From assembly GCA_964412585.1 (NCBI GenBank), contig CAYPPJ010000001.1, positions 84,151-148,150 of the forward strand: a DNA stretch of 64,000 nucleotides, given 5' to 3'. Shown one piece after another: positions 28,216-38,642 of the stretch. Each line of letters begins with the position of its first letter. Position 1 is the first letter of the stretch. The notes beneath the pieces are model-generated. The model was not told the origin of the DNA and made no database searches. It saw only the letters and a program-made list of their open reading frames with translations. The stretch is from an uncultured Candidatus Saccharibacteria bacterium (GTDB lineage Bacteria > Patescibacteriota > Minisyncoccia > Phycocordibacterales > PALSA-1337). Position numbers and translations under genes: made by a program.

Positions 28216-30204
28216 ATGAAGCCCACTCCTGTTATGCATATCATCACGGTTATTCCCCTCACCCGATCAAAGGTTGTTGGCGAACTTTCGTATTTTACCG
28301 CTTCAGATGTTCCACTCGGCGCCATTGTCTCGGTACCCCTCCGCTCAAAAAATATCCACGGTATTGTTATTGGTACCCGACTAGCTGCTGATTTCAAAGC
28401 GGAGATCAAGGATGCCTCATTTCAACTCAAAAAACTTGGTAAAGTCAAAGCCACCGCTTTTTTTCCACCTGCATTCATGGATGCCTGTCGTGTCCTTGCT
28501 GAGTATTATGCCTCAAATATTGGCTCAGTTATTGATGCGCTCATATCTGACACACTCATGGAGAATGCGCACAAAATCGACCTTCCCGTGCACCAAAATC
28601 AATTCTTCAATGAAATCAAGAGCTCGGCCATAGATGAGACCTTCGCGATCCAAGGAGACGATGAGGACCGTCTTGGCTCGTGGCGCAGCCTTATCCGACA
28701 GGAGTTCGCGCGCAAACGATCCGTCGTTATATATGTACCTGGTGTCGAGGATGCAAAAACCATGTCTTCTGCGCTTACAAAAGGTATCGAGGGGTACATT
28801 TTCACTCTTCACGGCAAACTCAGTAAAAAAGAAATCATTGACACCTGGAAATCAATCGCCGAGACAGCTCATCCTGTCGTAATCGTAGCGACTGGTTCAT
28901 TTTCAATACTTCCACGCGCCGATGTCGACATCGTCATCATTGAACGAGAAAATGGTCGCGGATGGATCAGCCAAAAGCATCCCTATCTCGATGTTCGACA
29001 CGCCATCGAGACTATCGCGCGAAAACAAAAACAGACAGTGTACCGCGCCGACAGCATGTTGCGCACCGAAACGCTTCACCGTGTAGATAGCCATGAAATA
29101 GCTCAGGGGTCACCTTTCAAATGGCGTTCTATCTCCAATGCGCAGGATGTACTTATTGATATGAAAAATGGTCAATCATGGAGATCAAGCTCTACGCACT
29201 CACCGGGAACAGATCCTGCCAACGATACATCTGCTGAAAGTGAAGCCCCAAAGTTCCAGATTCTCTCTCCCGAGCTGAAAGAATTGATAGCCTACAATCA
29301 GCAAAACAGTACTCATCTTTTCCTTCTCACGATTCGTCGTGGACTGTCACCGATCACCGTCTGCAGCGATTGCGAATCCATCGTCTCATGCGTCAATTGT
29401 TCCGCACCCATGGTCCTTCATTCATCCAAGAACTCTGGACGTAATTTTTTCATGTGTCATGTCTGTGGAGAACGACGAGATGCCAATGAAAAATGTAAAA
29501 AATGCGACAGCTGGCGCCTGACGCCCCTCGGTATTGGTATTGACCGCGTCTCAGAAGAATTGAAAGCTGTTTTTCCCGATATTGATGTTTTCAAAATTGA
29601 CGCCGACTCAACCAAGACTGATGCACAAATCTATGCAGTCTTAGAAAAATTCAGAGCCAAGCCCGGAAGCATTCTCCTGGGGACAGAGATGGCGCTTGTG
29701 CACCTCTCAGAAAAAATAGACCACGCGGCAATCGTCTCCCTTGATTCTCTTTTCGCCCTCCCTGATTTTCGTATTCAGGAAAAAATCATGTACACGATTT
29801 GTCGTCTCCGAAATCTTGCAAGCAGATCTATTTTAGTACAGTCCCGCAAGGCTGAAGAGAAAGTTTTTGAATATGCGCTCAAAGGAAACATCAGCGACTT
29901 TTATCGCGCCACTCTTGCTGAGCGAAAACAGTTTATGTACCCACCATTTTCTACGCTCATCAAGATTACCATCGAAGGAAAAAAGGAAAAGATTGCCGCC
30001 GATATGGCTGAAGTCCAGCGACTTCTGTCTCCCCGCGAAATTGATGTGTTCCCTGCGTTTACGGCGACAGTACGCGGCAATTCGATCATCCATGGGCTTC
30101 TCAAATTGCCTGAAGGTGGCTGGCCCAATTCAGATCTATTTGAAATCCTTCACGCATTGCCACCTCAAGTAAAAGTAAAGATTGATCCAGAGAGTTTATT
30201 GTAA
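28216..30204 (+). CDS. priA: Primosomal protein N' (PriA) with degenerate helicase motifs
   Basis: N-terminal 3'-DNA-binding domain (GAIVSVPLR), four CxxC, GIGIDRV, ILLGT, LPDFR and ERKQFMYPPF. Confidence 0.88.
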   Translation: MKPTPVMHIITVIPLTRSKVVGELSYFTASDVPLGAIVSVPLRSKNIHGIVIGTRLAADFKAEIKDASFQLKKLGKVKATAFFPPAFMDACRVLAEYYASNIGSVIDALISDTLMENAHKIDLPVHQNQFFNEIKSSAIDETFAIQGDDEDRLGSWRSLIRQEFARKRSVVIYVPGVEDAKTMSSALTKGIEGYIFTLHGKLSKKEIIDTWKSIAETAHPVVIVATGSFSILPRADVDIVIIERENGRGWISQKHPYLDVRHAIETIARKQKQTVYRADSMLRTETLHRVDSHEIAQGSPFKWRSISNAQDVLIDMKNGQSWRSSSTHSPGTDPANDTSAESEAPKFQILSPELKELIAYNQQNSTHLFLLTIRRGLSPITVCSDCESIVSCVNCSAPMVLHSSKNSGRNFFMCHVCGERRDANEKCKKCDSWRLTPLGIGIDRVSEELKAVFPDIDVFKIDADSTKTDAQIYAVLEKFRAKPGSILLGTEMALVHLSEKIDHAAIVSLDSLFALPDFRIQEKIMYTICRLRNLASRSILVQSRKAEEKVFEYALKGNISDFYRATLAERKQFMYPPFSTLIKITIEGKKEKIAADMAEVQRLLSPREIDVFPAFTATVRGNSIIHGLLKLPEGGWPNSDLFEILHALPPQVKVKIDPESLL

Positions 30205-30252
30205 AAACGATACAATCTTTACCGATTATCATTTTCCTGTTACAGTTTGTAC

Positions 30253-30783
30253 ATGAAAGACATTGTCCAGCGAGACAACCCCATTCTTCACAAAAAGGCA
30301 AAAACTGTGCCCTTGGCAGATATCGGCTCTGCATATATACAAAAGGTCATCGCTGACATGTCCGCTGCTATGAATTCACAAAAAGATGGCATTGCTATTG
30401 CCGCACCTCAAATAGGATCACCACTACGAATCTTTGTTGTATCTGGCGACCTCCTCAAGCAAGCGGATAAAACGTACACGGGCGATGGGGGCAACCTTAT
30501 ATTTATCAATCCAGAGATCACCAAATTATCACGTGACAAAAAGGATATGGAGGAAGGCTGTCTTTCAGTTCGATGGCTCTACGGTAGAGTCAAACGTTCA
30601 ACCCGTGCCACTCTGCGTGCGTACAATGAGAAAGGTGTTCGGATAGAGCGAGGCGCCAGCGGACTTCTCGCTCAAATATTCCAGCACGAAACTGATCATC
30701 TCAACGGCGAACTTTTCATCGATAAAGCTGAACAGGTGTGGCAGATGAGCGAAGAAGAGATCAAAGAGCTCCAGAAAAAGTAA
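30253..30783 (+). CDS. def: Peptide deformylase
   Basis: GIAIAAPQIG, EGCLS and QHETDHLNG motifs. Confidence 0.97.
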   Translation: MKDIVQRDNPILHKKAKTVPLADIGSAYIQKVIADMSAAMNSQKDGIAIAAPQIGSPLRIFVVSGDLLKQADKTYTGDGGNLIFINPEITKLSRDKKDMEEGCLSVRWLYGRVKRSTRATLRAYNEKGVRIERGASGLLAQIFQHETDHLNGELFIDKAEQVWQMSEEEIKELQKK

Positions 30784-30821
30784 CCTGAGATTAGTAATCA
30801 GTAATCAGAACACGTCCACAT

Positions 30822-31691
30822 ATGCCCAATCCATCTCTTGTCTCATTTGCCTTTTTTGGATCATCACGTCTCTCAGTAATAGTACTTGATGAGCTACTTA
30901 CGCTCGGATTGACGCCGTCCTTTATCGTTACGACTCCCGACAAACCTCAGGGACGCAAACTTGTTTTGACGCCGAATGTCGTCAAAACATGGGCACAAGA
31001 GCATTCGATCGAAGTGTTCACGCCCACCAAACTTGACTCTGCTTTTCTCGAGCTTTTAAAATCAAAGCCCGTTGATACATATATTGTCGCCTCATACGGA
31101 AAATTATTCCCCGAGGAGCTTTTGTATATTCCCCGTAGGAAAACCCTCAACATTCACCCTTCTCTGCTACCAAAATATCGTGGTGCTTCCCCTCTTCCGA
31201 GCGCCATGCTCAATGATGACAAGCACACAGGCGTGACTATCATGAGACTTGATTACGAAATGGATCACGGGCCAATCATCGCTCAAAAAGAAGTTATTGT
31301 CTCCGAATGGCCACTATATGAAGATTTTGAGGAACAGATGGCGCGCGAAGGTGCCCGATTGCTTGCCACTGTATTGCCAGAGTGGGTTGCGGGAAAGATT
31401 GAGGAGAAGGAGCAAGATCATTCATCCGCTACGTATACACAGAAAATCACCAAGGAAGACGGGCTCATAGATCTCGCCGGAAATGGGTACGATAATTTTC
31501 GTAAAATTCAGGCGTTTCATCAATGGCCACAAGCGTATTTCTTCATCGAAAAAAATGGAAAACAGATACGTGTGAAAGTTACCCAAGCGACATTTGGCTC
31601 AGGAAAACTGATTATTGAAAAAGTTATCCCCGAGGGTGGCAAGGAGATGAGTTACAAGGATTTCAGGAGTGGTTATTCGGTCACTATATAG
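30822..31691 (+). CDS. fmt: Methionyl-tRNA formyltransferase
   Basis: TTPDKPQGR, NIHPSLLPKYRGASP and MDHGPI motifs. Confidence 0.96.
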   Translation: MPNPSLVSFAFFGSSRLSVIVLDELLTLGLTPSFIVTTPDKPQGRKLVLTPNVVKTWAQEHSIEVFTPTKLDSAFLELLKSKPVDTYIVASYGKLFPEELLYIPRRKTLNIHPSLLPKYRGASPLPSAMLNDDKHTGVTIMRLDYEMDHGPIIAQKEVIVSEWPLYEDFEEQMAREGARLLATVLPEWVAGKIEEKEQDHSSATYTQKITKEDGLIDLAGNGYDNFRKIQAFHQWPQAYFFIEKNGKQIRVKVTQATFGSGKLIIEKVIPEGGKEMSYKDFRSGYSVTI

Positions 31692-31855
31692 GTCGAAGCG
31701 TCTGCTACATTGAATGTTTTTCCGACTGCTTCAGCCTTTGAAGTAAAGTAGTAGAGTGCAGTCCAAAAAAACAATACTCCCATAAATGCGATGCATAGCC
31801 ACTGATTGACGGGCTGTTTTAACTCGGCCAAACTAAAGAACGATTTTTTATTCAT
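31673..31855 (-). CDS. Small single-TM protein
   Basis: 60-aa ORF downstream of raiA, one hydrophobic segment. Confidence 0.5.
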   Translation of the reverse strand: MNKKSFFSLAELKQPVNQWLCIAFMGVLFFWTALYYFTSKAEAVGKTFNVADASTYIVTE

Positions 31856-31876
31856 TGAATATACTGATTGTATTGA

Positions 31877-32254
31877 TTAATTATTACCACGCGTCCACAG
31901 CCCCTTCATCATCTGTTTGATGCGGGCACCTCCACGACGAATACGTGATGATTGCTTCTTGCGTGTCGAAGTAAAGTCACGTACAACCGCATCGCGAACC
32001 TGGTCAACCGCGGCATACAAGTCTTCCCCCTCGATAGAGGTATAAATGTTGAGACCATTTGCCCCAACGAGATGAATCTCAGCCTTGAACACATCACCTT
32101 TGTGGTGGTGCGCGGTCGTACGACCCAGCTCAACATCGCACTGTGCGGACGGATCATCGCTTGTCAGTTTTTCTATCTTGTCGAGACGCTTGTTTACATA
32201 TTCAGAAATCGCATCGGTCAACGTAATGTTGGTTGTCTTGATGTGTATATTCAT
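31877..32254 (-). CDS. raiA: Ribosome hibernation factor HPF/RaiA (short form)
   Basis: MNIHIKTTNITLTDAISEYVNKRL and EDLYAAVD motifs. Confidence 0.92.
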   Translation of the reverse strand: MNIHIKTTNITLTDAISEYVNKRLDKIEKLTSDDPSAQCDVELGRTTAHHHKGDVFKAEIHLVGANGLNIYTSIEGEDLYAAVDQVRDAVVRDFTSTRKKQSSRIRRGGARIKQMMKGLWTRGNN

Positions 32255-32352
32255 ATGACTAGTATACCAGTTTTTCTTTTCTGAGGAAATAATTGTGGGC
32301 TATGTTTTGATTTACCTGATAAGATATGGTACATTTTGTCCTGTACTCATAT

Positions 32353-32428
32353 TCCGCGGTAGCTCAGCCGGTAGAGCGCCTCGCTGTTAACGAGGATGTC
32401 CCAGGTTCGATCCCTGGCCGCGGAGCCA
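32353..32428 (+). tRNA. tRNA-Asn (GTT)
   Basis: Acceptor TCCGCGG/CCGCGGA, AGCTCAG D-arm, anticodon arm CCTCG-CTGTTAA-CGAGG, GGTTCGATCC T-arm, encoded CCA. Confidence 0.98.
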
Positions 32429-32429
32429 G

Positions 32430-32885
32430 ATGAAAAAAGGTACTAAAATTGTAATCTTACTCGTCGCGCTCGTTGTGACATTCTTTTTAGGGAGAATGGT
32501 TGGAACCTACGAGGAAATGCCGAAATTCGTACGATATGATGAACTTCAGAAAACGTATCCCATCTTAACTGAATATCGTGGGTGGACCAGTGCTATTAGC
32601 ACAGACTCAGGAAAAACATATCATTCGAGTGAGATTAAACTTCCTCGTGTACCTATCCAATATGGTTTCGGAGTAAGTTGTGAAGATGGCTCTCCTGCAA
32701 CTTACAAGTTGTATTCTGCTTTTGGTAATAGTAAATACGCCCAATTAATGACGGGTGGTATTTTTGATGGTTATTTTTCTTCGGTACGAGTGATCGACTG
32801 TAAGGATCATTACTATATCAACGAGAATGGAAACAATGAATACGCGAAGTATTACGGACCTTTCTATTTTTCTTCAACCAAATAG
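32430..32885 (+). CDS. Hypothetical exported protein
   Basis: Signal/TM N-terminus; ATG follows the tRNA CCA after a single base. Confidence 0.6.
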   Translation: MKKGTKIVILLVALVVTFFLGRMVGTYEEMPKFVRYDELQKTYPILTEYRGWTSAISTDSGKTYHSSEIKLPRVPIQYGFGVSCEDGSPATYKLYSAFGNSKYAQLMTGGIFDGYFSSVRVIDCKDHYYINENGNNEYAKYYGPFYFSSTK

Positions 32886-33010
32886 ATTTTCTAGAATTTG
32901 TTATTAGACAGCTTCCATTTCCCCCATAGTCGTATGGAGTGTATATATTTAACTATTGACAATATATATAATTTATGCTAGTGTATGTCTAGCGCTTTTC
33001 ATATACAGGA

Positions 33011-33358
33011 ATGGCCGTATCCCCAAGGATACTCTCGTATCTTTCGGGATACGGCCAACAACAACTCCTGCATATGAAAAAACCTGATAGTAAATTGACA
33101 CCCGAGGAAAAAGAGCTCCGATACGGAACCGAGTTCGTCGGTACTATCCTCCAAAAGCTGGATATTCGTACACCAACGAACACTGCCGAGATCGAGGCCT
33201 TCAACAAACGAATGGATGAAATCTTTGGACTCAGTGAAATCCAGGATAAATTCGTACCCGTGCGGTACTTATTGGTCTGCGAGTCGCTGGGTATCAAGTC
33301 AATCACCCTGATCGGCTTTAAGGCTCTTCTTCCAAATGGTGGTAAACCCACTCGGTGA
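33011..33358 (+). CDS. Hypothetical protein
   Basis: TTGACA...TAGTGT promoter upstream and a CCACCGC/GGCGGTGG terminator downstream; true start may be the internal MKKPDS. Confidence 0.5.
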   Translation: MAVSPRILSYLSGYGQQQLLHMKKPDSKLTPEEKELRYGTEFVGTILQKLDIRTPTNTAEIEAFNKRMDEIFGLSEIQDKFVPVRYLLVCESLGIKSITLIGFKALLPNGGKPTR

Positions 33359-33552
33359 GCAACCGTGGCAAAAGCCAAAAGTTTTCAAAGATATAACCCA
33401 CCGCAGGACGATTCCGGCGGTGGTTTCTTTTTACCCGCGATAGACGTATATCGCCCATCACCAAATGGAGACACCCGTTACATGGCTGCCAGGCCTATAA
33501 TAGGTTCCTTTACACTTCTTGTGAGTAAGTGCTCCTACTGATATTTTTTTGC

Positions 33553-35292
33553 TTACCCAAACGTAAAGGTAAATGCTTGTAATCCGGCTTTTGGAACTAC
33601 AATGTGGAGTGTATGTTTTCCGTATTCAGTATCCTGAATGAGTGGATAGAGTGTTTCGTCTTTGATCAGTACTTTCTTTACAAATACATCATCCTTGTAG
33701 ATTTCCACTTCAACACCTTCCTTTGATCCTGCAGTGATATAGACGTTTTTTGCCTCATAATTAAAAATCACACTACCCACGCTTTTACTCTCAGCATATT
33801 CAGGCGTTATATTCCATGTACCACTGAGGTAGAGTCTGTTGGAATATATGTTTGCAGGAACGGTGAGAGTCTGTTCACCAGATCGACCAGCAATACCGTC
33901 AGCAAAATATTGATTTCGGGACGACCCGAAATATGTCTCAGGACTTTTTACCTTGCTCGTGTCCACCGTTACTACATCTTTTGGATTCGTTGTTGTCGTT
34001 GAAATCTTACCATCCATACCCATGCGTGCCGCACGTTCTCTAAGTGCGTTTTGTATTGCTCTCTCTGTTTCTTCATAATTCCCTTCTCCTACGTGGTCAT
34101 AGACAATGTATCCATCAATATCAACAAGATACTTACGCGGCCAAAATTGATTGCCGAGCGCATTCCATGTCGAATAATCATTATCGAGAACCACGGGATA
34201 TTTGATACCAAATTTTTCTACCGCTTTTTCAACATTTGATTGAACCTTCTCAAATGCGAACTCCGGAGTATGGAGGCCAACAACGACAAGTCCCTGATCC
34301 TTATACGTTGCATACCAATCATTTATGTACGGCAATGTTCGCTGGCAGTTGATACAGCTGTAGGTCCAGATATCGAGGAGCACCACTTTCCCTTTAAGTT
34401 CAGCGAGAGTGATCGGCTTGCCATCAGTATTAACGTATCCATCAATCGTGCTCAACTCAGGGACTTTTAGGTATCTAGAACGTTTTTGTTCGATAGTAAG
34501 ATATGAACTCGAATCTGTATTCATTGAACGTTCTTGTATCGGTTCATCTTTTTGAGCATCATTCTTTTGCAACAGTGTCTGCTCTATCTTCGTCACATCA
34601 AAGAATCCAGCATCAAGAAGAAATACCTGGGTTTTTTTATCGAGTCCGCCAATGATCGCAATACCAACAATGAGGAATATGATACCAAGCGTTCTTTTGA
34701 ACCACCCATTCGGATTAGCCGCAACCCCAAGTTTGTTCATTATCTTCTGTCCGACGACAGAGACAATCAGAAGTGAGATACAGAGGCCGATTGTATAGGT
34801 GAGCAGATACGTCAATCCAAGGAAGAAATTAACGGGCAAAACGGTCGCAAGAACAATGAAATACGTTGGGCTACATGTCGAGAACACAGGACCGAGTGAG
34901 GCACCGACGATAACATCCCCCCAGAAATTCTTTTTTTGATCACCTTTACCAAGAAGGATGTTTGACTTGGTACTGAGTTTCGCCAGCAACTTATTTTCCC
35001 AGAGAGATGGAAAGCATGTGACAAGACCGAGAACTATCACAATGCCTCCTGAAATCCATTTCCACACATACTCGGGGATATCAATAAAGAGAGTACTCGC
35101 TTTAAGGAGGAGTGTGAAAACAATAACTGATATTCCAAGAGAAAGGATGATAGTAAAGGCTTTTTTCTTATTGAATCTTGTAGTACCCCCATCCGAAAGC
35201 GTACCTCCGACAATCACTGGCAAGAGTGGCAGAATGCAGGGCGCAAGCACCGTGAGGACTCCAGCGATAAATGAAATAAGGAGAAGTAACAT
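33553..35292 (-). CDS. dipZ: DipZ-like cytochrome c biogenesis protein (CcdA + thioredoxin + C-terminal domain)
   Basis: LAPCILPLLP, FSTCSP, WTYSCINC, HTPEFAFEK and SPETYFG motifs. Confidence 0.9.
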   Translation of the reverse strand: MLLLLISFIAGVLTVLAPCILPLLPVIVGGTLSDGGTTRFNKKKAFTIILSLGISVIVFTLLLKASTLFIDIPEYVWKWISGGIVIVLGLVTCFPSLWENKLLAKLSTKSNILLGKGDQKKNFWGDVIVGASLGPVFSTCSPTYFIVLATVLPVNFFLGLTYLLTYTIGLCISLLIVSVVGQKIMNKLGVAANPNGWFKRTLGIIFLIVGIAIIGGLDKKTQVFLLDAGFFDVTKIEQTLLQKNDAQKDEPIQERSMNTDSSSYLTIEQKRSRYLKVPELSTIDGYVNTDGKPITLAELKGKVVLLDIWTYSCINCQRTLPYINDWYATYKDQGLVVVGLHTPEFAFEKVQSNVEKAVEKFGIKYPVVLDNDYSTWNALGNQFWPRKYLVDIDGYIVYDHVGEGNYEETERAIQNALRERAARMGMDGKISTTTTNPKDVVTVDTSKVKSPETYFGSSRNQYFADGIAGRSGEQTLTVPANIYSNRLYLSGTWNITPEYAESKSVGSVIFNYEAKNVYITAGSKEGVEVEIYKDDVFVKKVLIKDETLYPLIQDTEYGKHTLHIVVPKAGLQAFTFTFG

Positions 35293-35403
35293 ACTAATTT
35301 ATTGTAAGCATTAATTTCTAATATGCTTAAGTATATAAAATACAAAACACCATGTAAAGTCTACTTTACATGGTACAAGTGGATAACTGGTCACCATGGC
35401 TGA

Positions 35404-35766
35404 CTAGAGATTCCTATCACTCCAGATGCGTGTACCAATCTTTGTTACCACCATGACAATAAGAGCAATCACCAGCCACTCATCGACAGTGTGGGAGTAT
35501 CCTTGAATAATAATACCGAGAATGAGAGCGGCAGAACCAGTAAGGAAAGCGTTTCGTCCGGCCAGCGCCTTGTGTTGATCATCTCGCTCGTCCACCGCTT
35601 TTTCCCTGAGTATAAAGCTGGCAAATATAGCAAAGAGGACCAAAATAACCGCAAGCATGCTCATCACCATCATGTCTGGCATCCAGAAGTGGAAAGGATT
35701 CAAAAGTAGTATCGCCGTAACGATAAGGCCAAGAGTAACGATTGATTCTTTGAGGTTATTTTTCAT
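35404..35766 (-). CDS. DUF2178-like membrane protein
   Basis: TMs flanking AVDERD; coupled to the upstream XRE HTH gene. Confidence 0.7.
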   Translation of the reverse strand: MKNNLKESIVTLGLIVTAILLLNPFHFWMPDMMVMSMLAVILVLFAIFASFILREKAVDERDDQHKALAGRNAFLTGSAALILGIIIQGYSHTVDEWLVIALIVMVVTKIGTRIWSDRNL

Positions 35767-35968
35767 AGGATATTTTGAATATTTTCTCGACAGGCATCTC
35801 AAAGAAGCCAGCGATTTTAAGGGCGAGTAAAATTGACGGGGTGTAATTTCCTTTTTCCAAGGCAATGATGGTCTGGCGGCTAACATTCACCTGTGTCGCC
35901 AGATCTTCTTGGGTCACACCGGTTTCTGCGCGAAGCTTGCTCACTTCATTTTTGATGCGTTCTTTCAT
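35756..35968 (-). CDS. XRE-family HTH transcriptional regulator
   Basis: TQEDLATQVNVSRQTIIALEKGNYTPSILLALKIA. Confidence 0.93.
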   Translation of the reverse strand: MKERIKNEVSKLRAETGVTQEDLATQVNVSRQTIIALEKGNYTPSILLALKIAGFFEMPVEKIFKISYEK

Positions 35969-36061
35969 ATGTTTGGGTAATGCTGATTATATATTCCAAC
36001 AGTTCAGATGTAAAGTTATCTTTACTTACAGAACGTGATGCAGACAAAGCGCCTGTGTGCT

Positions 36062-37252
36062 CTAGTGCTTATGCCCACTATGTTCAACATGCTCAAGCGC
36101 GTGAACTTCTTTTTCAATAAGCGTTTTATCGATACTAGAAACATCATCGCCTCGCCTCATAAGCAGCCAGACGGCGACACATGTGGTAATAGGCACGGCT
36201 AGAATAAGACCAATGCTGCCAATCATGGTACGAACTATTTCCGTGGCAAATATTTCTCGGTTGGCAATATTGGCAACACTTGCTGTCGAAGTTTGAGTAA
36301 ACAAAAGAAGCAGCGGCAATGACGCTCCTACATATGCAATGGCGAGTGTATTCACCAATGCGCCGATATGCTCTCGCCCGATACGGATCGCTCGCTGATA
36401 GATAATCCTCTTTGGCACATGAGGCGCAATGCGAATCAACTCCTCGACTGAAATAGCCTGGCCAATAGCAACGTCATACAGCACACCAAGAAGACCGATC
36501 ATAATGCCGCCAAGAAGAAGCCCGACAATATCAAGCGTGCCATTTGTATTTAGATTGAGATACGTGATTTCCTCAGAACCAAACCCACTTAGTCGCGTGA
36601 AATGAACCGCCCAGATAGCAAGAAGTCCGGTAATAATGACGGTAATAACCATACCAAGAACGGCTGAACTCGTCGTTTTATTAAACTTGTGCGTAATATA
36701 TGATCCAACAATAATGATGAGAGAGGACACGCCGATAGTGATAAGGAGTGGTGAATACCCGTGAAGAATGCCGGGAAGTAATACATACATGATCAAAAGC
36801 AGGCTACCAACCAGGCTCACGAGTCCGCGTACACCCTGAATGCCACCGAATACAAATAGAGCAATCACGAAAAGCCCGACAAGAATAAGTACCTGTGGCA
36901 GACGATATGGTTCGCCCACCGAATGAAAATCAAACCCGTCAAGTCCGCCATATTCATGTCTCAAATAAAAAACGTCACCGACATCTAGATTTAAGTAATC
37001 ATTATCTACCGTAATAATCTGACCTTCTTCTTTTCCCTCTAGAATTTTGATTTTGATTGTTTGATTGCTCGTCCGTATATCAGTCCCTGGCACATTTTTT
37101 TCCTCCTGTTTGAGTATTTCTACAACTTGGGCTTTGACTATATCAACAGTACTCGGCACCAGCTCCCCATCCTGATGGGCTGAGGCATAAACCGGCACGA
37201 AAACGCAAAGCGTAAAAAATACACCGAGTGTGATGTTGCGTAATCGTGTCAT
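36062..37252 (-). CDS. YibE/F family membrane protein with His-rich tail
   Basis: IGLLGVLYDV, GREHIGALVNTLAIAYVG and GSIGLILAVPIT motifs; C-terminal HALEHVEHSGHKH. Confidence 0.9.
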   Translation of the reverse strand: MTRLRNITLGVFFTLCVFVPVYASAHQDGELVPSTVDIVKAQVVEILKQEEKNVPGTDIRTSNQTIKIKILEGKEEGQIITVDNDYLNLDVGDVFYLRHEYGGLDGFDFHSVGEPYRLPQVLILVGLFVIALFVFGGIQGVRGLVSLVGSLLLIMYVLLPGILHGYSPLLITIGVSSLIIIVGSYITHKFNKTTSSAVLGMVITVIITGLLAIWAVHFTRLSGFGSEEITYLNLNTNGTLDIVGLLLGGIMIGLLGVLYDVAIGQAISVEELIRIAPHVPKRIIYQRAIRIGREHIGALVNTLAIAYVGASLPLLLLFTQTSTASVANIANREIFATEIVRTMIGSIGLILAVPITTCVAVWLLMRRGDDVSSIDKTLIEKEVHALEHVEHSGHKH

Positions 37253-37319
37253 GTGGTGATTTTAACATTTTCTCCTCCTTCTGACTAAACCCTTTACTTT
37301 TCAGGCGGTATAGTTTATT

Positions 37320-37336
37320 ATGCAAACTACTTGCAT
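37320..37336. promoter_or_regulatory. Candidate Fur-family operator ATGCAA-N5-TTGCAT
   Basis: Perfect inverted repeat between the divergent yibE/F and fur genes. Confidence 0.55.
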
Positions 37337-37337
37337 T

Positions 37338-37667
37338 ATGAGAACAAACATAAACAAAGGAAAAATACTGGCACTGCTCAAGAAAAAGCATTTATTGACT
37401 ATTGCCGAGATTCACGCTGCATTACCTGATGCAGACTATTCGACGGTTTTTCGCAATGTTGAACAACTGCTCAAGGATAAAGAAATCAAGAAAGTGATGA
37501 TAGATAGCAAATCAATTGCCTACGAATCAGGGCAAGAAAGCCACGATCATTTTATTTGCACAGATTGCGGTACTGTTGAATCTATCCATATCCCCCACAC
37601 TTCGATTAAGGGTCATACGGTCGAAGATGTTACTGTCCGCGGTTCGTGTAATAAGTGCGCAGATTAA
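37338..37667 (+). CDS. Fur-family metalloregulator (Zur/Mur-like)
   Basis: STVFRNV, HDHFICTDCG and C-terminal GSCNKC. Confidence 0.9.
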   Translation: MRTNINKGKILALLKKKHLLTIAEIHAALPDADYSTVFRNVEQLLKDKEIKKVMIDSKSIAYESGQESHDHFICTDCGTVESIHIPHTSIKGHTVEDVTVRGSCNKCAD

Positions 37668-37670
37668 TAT

Positions 37671-38642
37671 ATGAGAATCGCCTTTGTAGGAAAAGGCGGG
37701 TCAGGTAAGAGCACTCTTTCTGCCTCATTCGCCACATATGTGTCCAAACAAAATACCAGACCGGTCGTTGTCTTTGACGCTGATCTCAATATCCATGCAC
37801 CAGAGCTCCTTGGATTTAATACTATCCCCTTTGAAAAACACCTTTCGCATCCCGTAGTGGCAAAATCCATACAGAAATGGCTCATTGGCAACAATGATAT
37901 TCAAAACCTTGGCGCATTCCGCAAATCAACACCGCCAACTCGTAAGTCGAATATTATCAACATCGAATCAATCAATGAGACTCCGCTACAATCATTTGGT
38001 CTACACGGGGGTAATCTTTCAGTCTTCGCCGTTGGAACATACCAGGAACAAGATATCGGAGCGAGTTGCTACCATAACAACCTTGCCATTCTCGAGAGCA
38101 TCTTGAACCATACAAATGACAAGAATGGGTACATAATCGCTGACATGGTCGCGGGGGTCGACTCATTTGCAGGGACACTCCATGCCCAGTTTGACCTCAC
38201 CTGCCTCATCGTCGAACCAACCATGAGGAGTGTCGAAGTGTACACAAGATATATTGAGCTTGCCACTGAAGCTGGCATCGCAGACAGTGTGCGAGTCATT
38301 GGCAATAAAATAAGAAATGATACGGATCGAGATTTTATCACGTCTCATATTCCGAAGAATAAAATCATTGGCTACTTCACTGACGACGAATATATTCGCA
38401 CTATTGATCAAGATGGGACCATACTTGATACCACAAAATTACTTACATCCAACCAGGAACTACTGAAAAACATCCTCACCATTCTTGATTCGTTGCCCGA
38501 TAGTCGAAATACGCGCCTAAAGAACTTGTGGAAGTTACATAAGAAATATGTAGCCCAAGGTTTTATTAAAGAACGCTTTGGTGACCTTACACATCAGATC
38601 GACTCTGATTTTTCATTTACCCATGAAGATGAAAACGAGTGA
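37671..38642 (+). CDS. CooC/MinD-like P-loop ATPase
   Basis: MRIAFVGKGGSGKST, DADLN, SCYH, DMVAG, VEPT and GNK motifs. Confidence 0.85.
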   Translation: MRIAFVGKGGSGKSTLSASFATYVSKQNTRPVVVFDADLNIHAPELLGFNTIPFEKHLSHPVVAKSIQKWLIGNNDIQNLGAFRKSTPPTRKSNIINIESINETPLQSFGLHGGNLSVFAVGTYQEQDIGASCYHNNLAILESILNHTNDKNGYIIADMVAGVDSFAGTLHAQFDLTCLIVEPTMRSVEVYTRYIELATEAGIADSVRVIGNKIRNDTDRDFITSHIPKNKIIGYFTDDEYIRTIDQDGTILDTTKLLTSNQELLKNILTILDSLPDSRNTRLKNLWKLHKKYVAQGFIKERFGDLTHQIDSDFSFTHEDENE

